Shown: piece by piece, positions 62,178-64,000 of the stretch | How positions within the stretch are numbered: the first letter of the stretch is position 1 | Layout: the number at the start of each line of letters is the position of its first letter | Origin: Phoronis australis | Lineage: Eukaryota; Animalia; Phoronida | Length of the DNA stretch: 64,000 nucleotides | Assembly: GCA_002633005.1 (NCBI GenBank) | Contig: NMRA01000828.1 | Span: 66,450-130,449 of the forward strand | Direction: 5' to 3' | Translations under genes and position numbers: made by a program | Notes under the pieces: model-generated | Seen by the model: the letters and a program-made list of their open reading frames with translations, nothing else | Database searches by the model: none | What the model was told of the DNA's origin: nothing

Positions 62178-64000
62178 TCAAACATGTAGGAGCTTCAAAC
62201 ACTTTCGATTTCTTTTCTGGTTGGGTTTCCGAAACTGCAAATTCTGCTGCTTCAGAAAATGGTGGATACGGACAGTGAAAAACAAGTTAACCATGTACAA
62301 CTCTGAGTGTTTGCAGCTCTCATCACAAATTATTTCAGGTAATTCAGAGTTGTCCTTGACTTTAGTCAAAAAACGTTGTCTAAGTTTGCTATTGTGAATT
62401 CCATAAGTGACGTGATTTCTAAACATAGATTCAAGAGTGGAGACAAAACAAATAAATAACCTACTTGGAGTCATCAGTCCACCCTGATCAATTTCCAGAT
62501 ACTGGTTCTGTCTAATGAAAAATAAAGCATCATTGTCATTATCACAAACATGAGAATGAATACGAATCGAGTCGCAAACATCACAGTCAAATTTCCGTTT
62601 TGCTTTAGAAAGTAAATATCCGGCTATGTATGCTACGATATATTCTTCATGCGATGATATTTCTGGAGGCATAATTCTCAACAAGTCAAAAACGTTTGAA
62701 TCAGTCATGGGACAAGTATTAATTTCACGCGTATCAGAAGGCGTGTTTGCAACTCGATTATTAACATTGGACAAAGTCAGTAAAAAAGAATCCATATCTT
62801 CTTCACAATTACTGTAACTACTCTGAGAAAAAAGTTTATTGATGCATTGCACTCTATGCTCTGCTCTAAATTGAACAGAGTCTGGGTTGTCACGATGGCC
62901 GCCTCGGCCTCTTATAATGGAAAAATAATTTTCAACACAGTCTTGGTTCAGTCTATTTGTTAATAAAAACTCAAAGCCATAATTTGCATGGAGATGTTCC
63001 CAAAGGCCAAGTAAGCTGTTTATATCAAGTTGCCAACCTTCCAAACAAGGCAAAAGTTTACATTTTCCAGCTGACTTCACTTGCTCTGTTAACCAAGTGA
63101 GAGTTTTTGACAGAAAAGTAAAAACTTGGCTAGACTTAGAAGACAGTGCTCTCTTAAACAAATTGGAATGATGAACACTTGAGCTATTAAATATGTTAAA
63201 CAACTTGTCGTATGTTTCAACAAACTGGGCAGTATGTATAGCCTCCTTAGGCAGGGAATTTCCAGACAAACACAAAGTTGTAATTCCAGCAGCCACAGAA
63301 TGGGACATCACCTGAACTGCCAGTGGCACTCTCATGGCCGAAAAGGAAGGTAGTCTGATGTGCTTCGCAGTTAACTTGGGGGCCATGCGAATTGGCAACT
63401 GCGAGTCTATATTATAAAACTGTTCAATAAATTTCCAGCAAACTTTGTTGTTATTTACAAAAAATCCTGAATTCTTTAGGTTGTTTCTAACATTTTTAAG
63501 AAGATGAGGGGGGTCAAAGAAAACGAACCTTTTTGAATCATTATAAATAAAATACGGTTTGTCAACTGTAACACCAATAGATTTCATAACACTTCGGTTG
63601 TTACTGCCCTGGTCACAAACAACGGCTTTAACAATTAAACCAGTGGCCTCAACCTTGTCAATGCAAGAGAATAGTAGATTTTTCAATGTATCAGGAGAGA
63701 TAGGACCACTGGTTAGAAAGTATCCTACAGGTTGCTTCCACTTTTCACACAACCCCCTCACCATAAACACACATACATGGTTGGCAACATATTTGTTTTT
63801 CCCCATCGTCCCTAAATCCTCAAATCCCGACACTTCATCTATGTTTGACTCATAGCATATGCTCTCTTTAATAGCCATTTCATCAAAAACCAAAGAACAT
63901 ACTTTTGATTGTTCTTTCATTTTGGAAACCTTTTGTTTTAAACCATCCAATATAATTTTGTGAAACCCAGGTCTTACGATAATATGGCTTATGCACTTTT
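62178..64000 (-). CDS. P-element/THAP9-family DNA transposase (5' end beyond the window)
   Basis: Uninterrupted ORF of more than 600 codons with FDEM, CDQGSNN, FDPPHLLKNVRNN and NQDCVENYF motifs. The frame stays open to 64000 (KCISHIIVRPGF...). Confidence 0.93.
   Translation of the reverse strand, partial: KCISHIIVRPGFHKIILDGLKQKVSKMKEQSKVCSLVFDEMAIKESICYESNIDEVSGFEDLGTMGKNKYVANHVCVFMVRGLCEKWKQPVGYFLTSGPISPDTLKNLLFSCIDKVEATGLIVKAVVCDQGSNNRSVMKSIGVTVDKPYFIYNDSKRFVFFDPPHLLKNVRNNLKNSGFFVNNNKVCWKFIEQFYNIDSQLPIRMAPKLTAKHIRLPSFSAMRVPLAVQVMSHSVAAGITTLCLSGNSLPKEAIHTAQFVETYDKLFNIFNSSSVHHSNLFKRALSSKSSQVFTFLSKTLTWLTEQVKSAGKCKLLPCLEGWQLDINSLLGLWEHLHANYGFEFLLTNRLNQDCVENYFSIIRGRGGHRDNPDSVQFRAEHRVQCINKLFSQSSYSNCEEDMDSFLLTLSNVNNRVANTPSDTREINTCPMTDSNVFDLLRIMPPEISSHEEYIVAYIAGYLLSKAKRKFDCDVCDSIRIHSHVCDNDNDALFFIRQNQYLEIDQGGLMTPSRLFICFVSTLESMFRNHVTYGIHNSKLRQRFLTKVKDNSELPEIICDESCKHSELYMVNLFFTVRIHHFLKQQNLQFRKPNQKRNRKCLKLLHV

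Noticed and set aside
2466-63855. Numerous short ORFs in the track, including those antisense to UGT and transposase exons and the long 5' extensions of the UGT ORFs
   Set aside because: Shadow frames, non-ATG starts or intron read-through; no recognisable domains.

Overview
This window is intron-containing, repeat-rich eukaryotic DNA, probably from an invertebrate animal (taxon not determinable), with five single-N assembly joins. (1) 2.3-27 kb, minus strand: a cluster of two-exon, ER-type UDP-glycosyltransferases (UGT, GT1). It holds two self-contained genes and a third unit in which several first exons lie upstream of one second exon. Every intact first exon lacks both residues of the canonical His-Asp catalytic dyad. 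(2) 32-44 kb, minus strand: a 9-coding-exon gene that I assembled by hand. It encodes a 366-aa protein with a signal peptide, two tandem avidin domains (one with a canonical biotin pocket, one divergent) and a C-terminal GPI-anchor-like signal. (3) 46.6-51.5 kb, plus strand: ARL6IP6, with an uncertain, transposon-invaded 5' end. (4) 62-64 kb: an uninterrupted P-element/THAP9-type transposase ORF running off the window end. Many MITEs, Kolobok-like elements with THAP remnants and minisatellites lie in between. All gene models are manual inferences from splice signals, reading frame and remembered family motifs. No searches were run.
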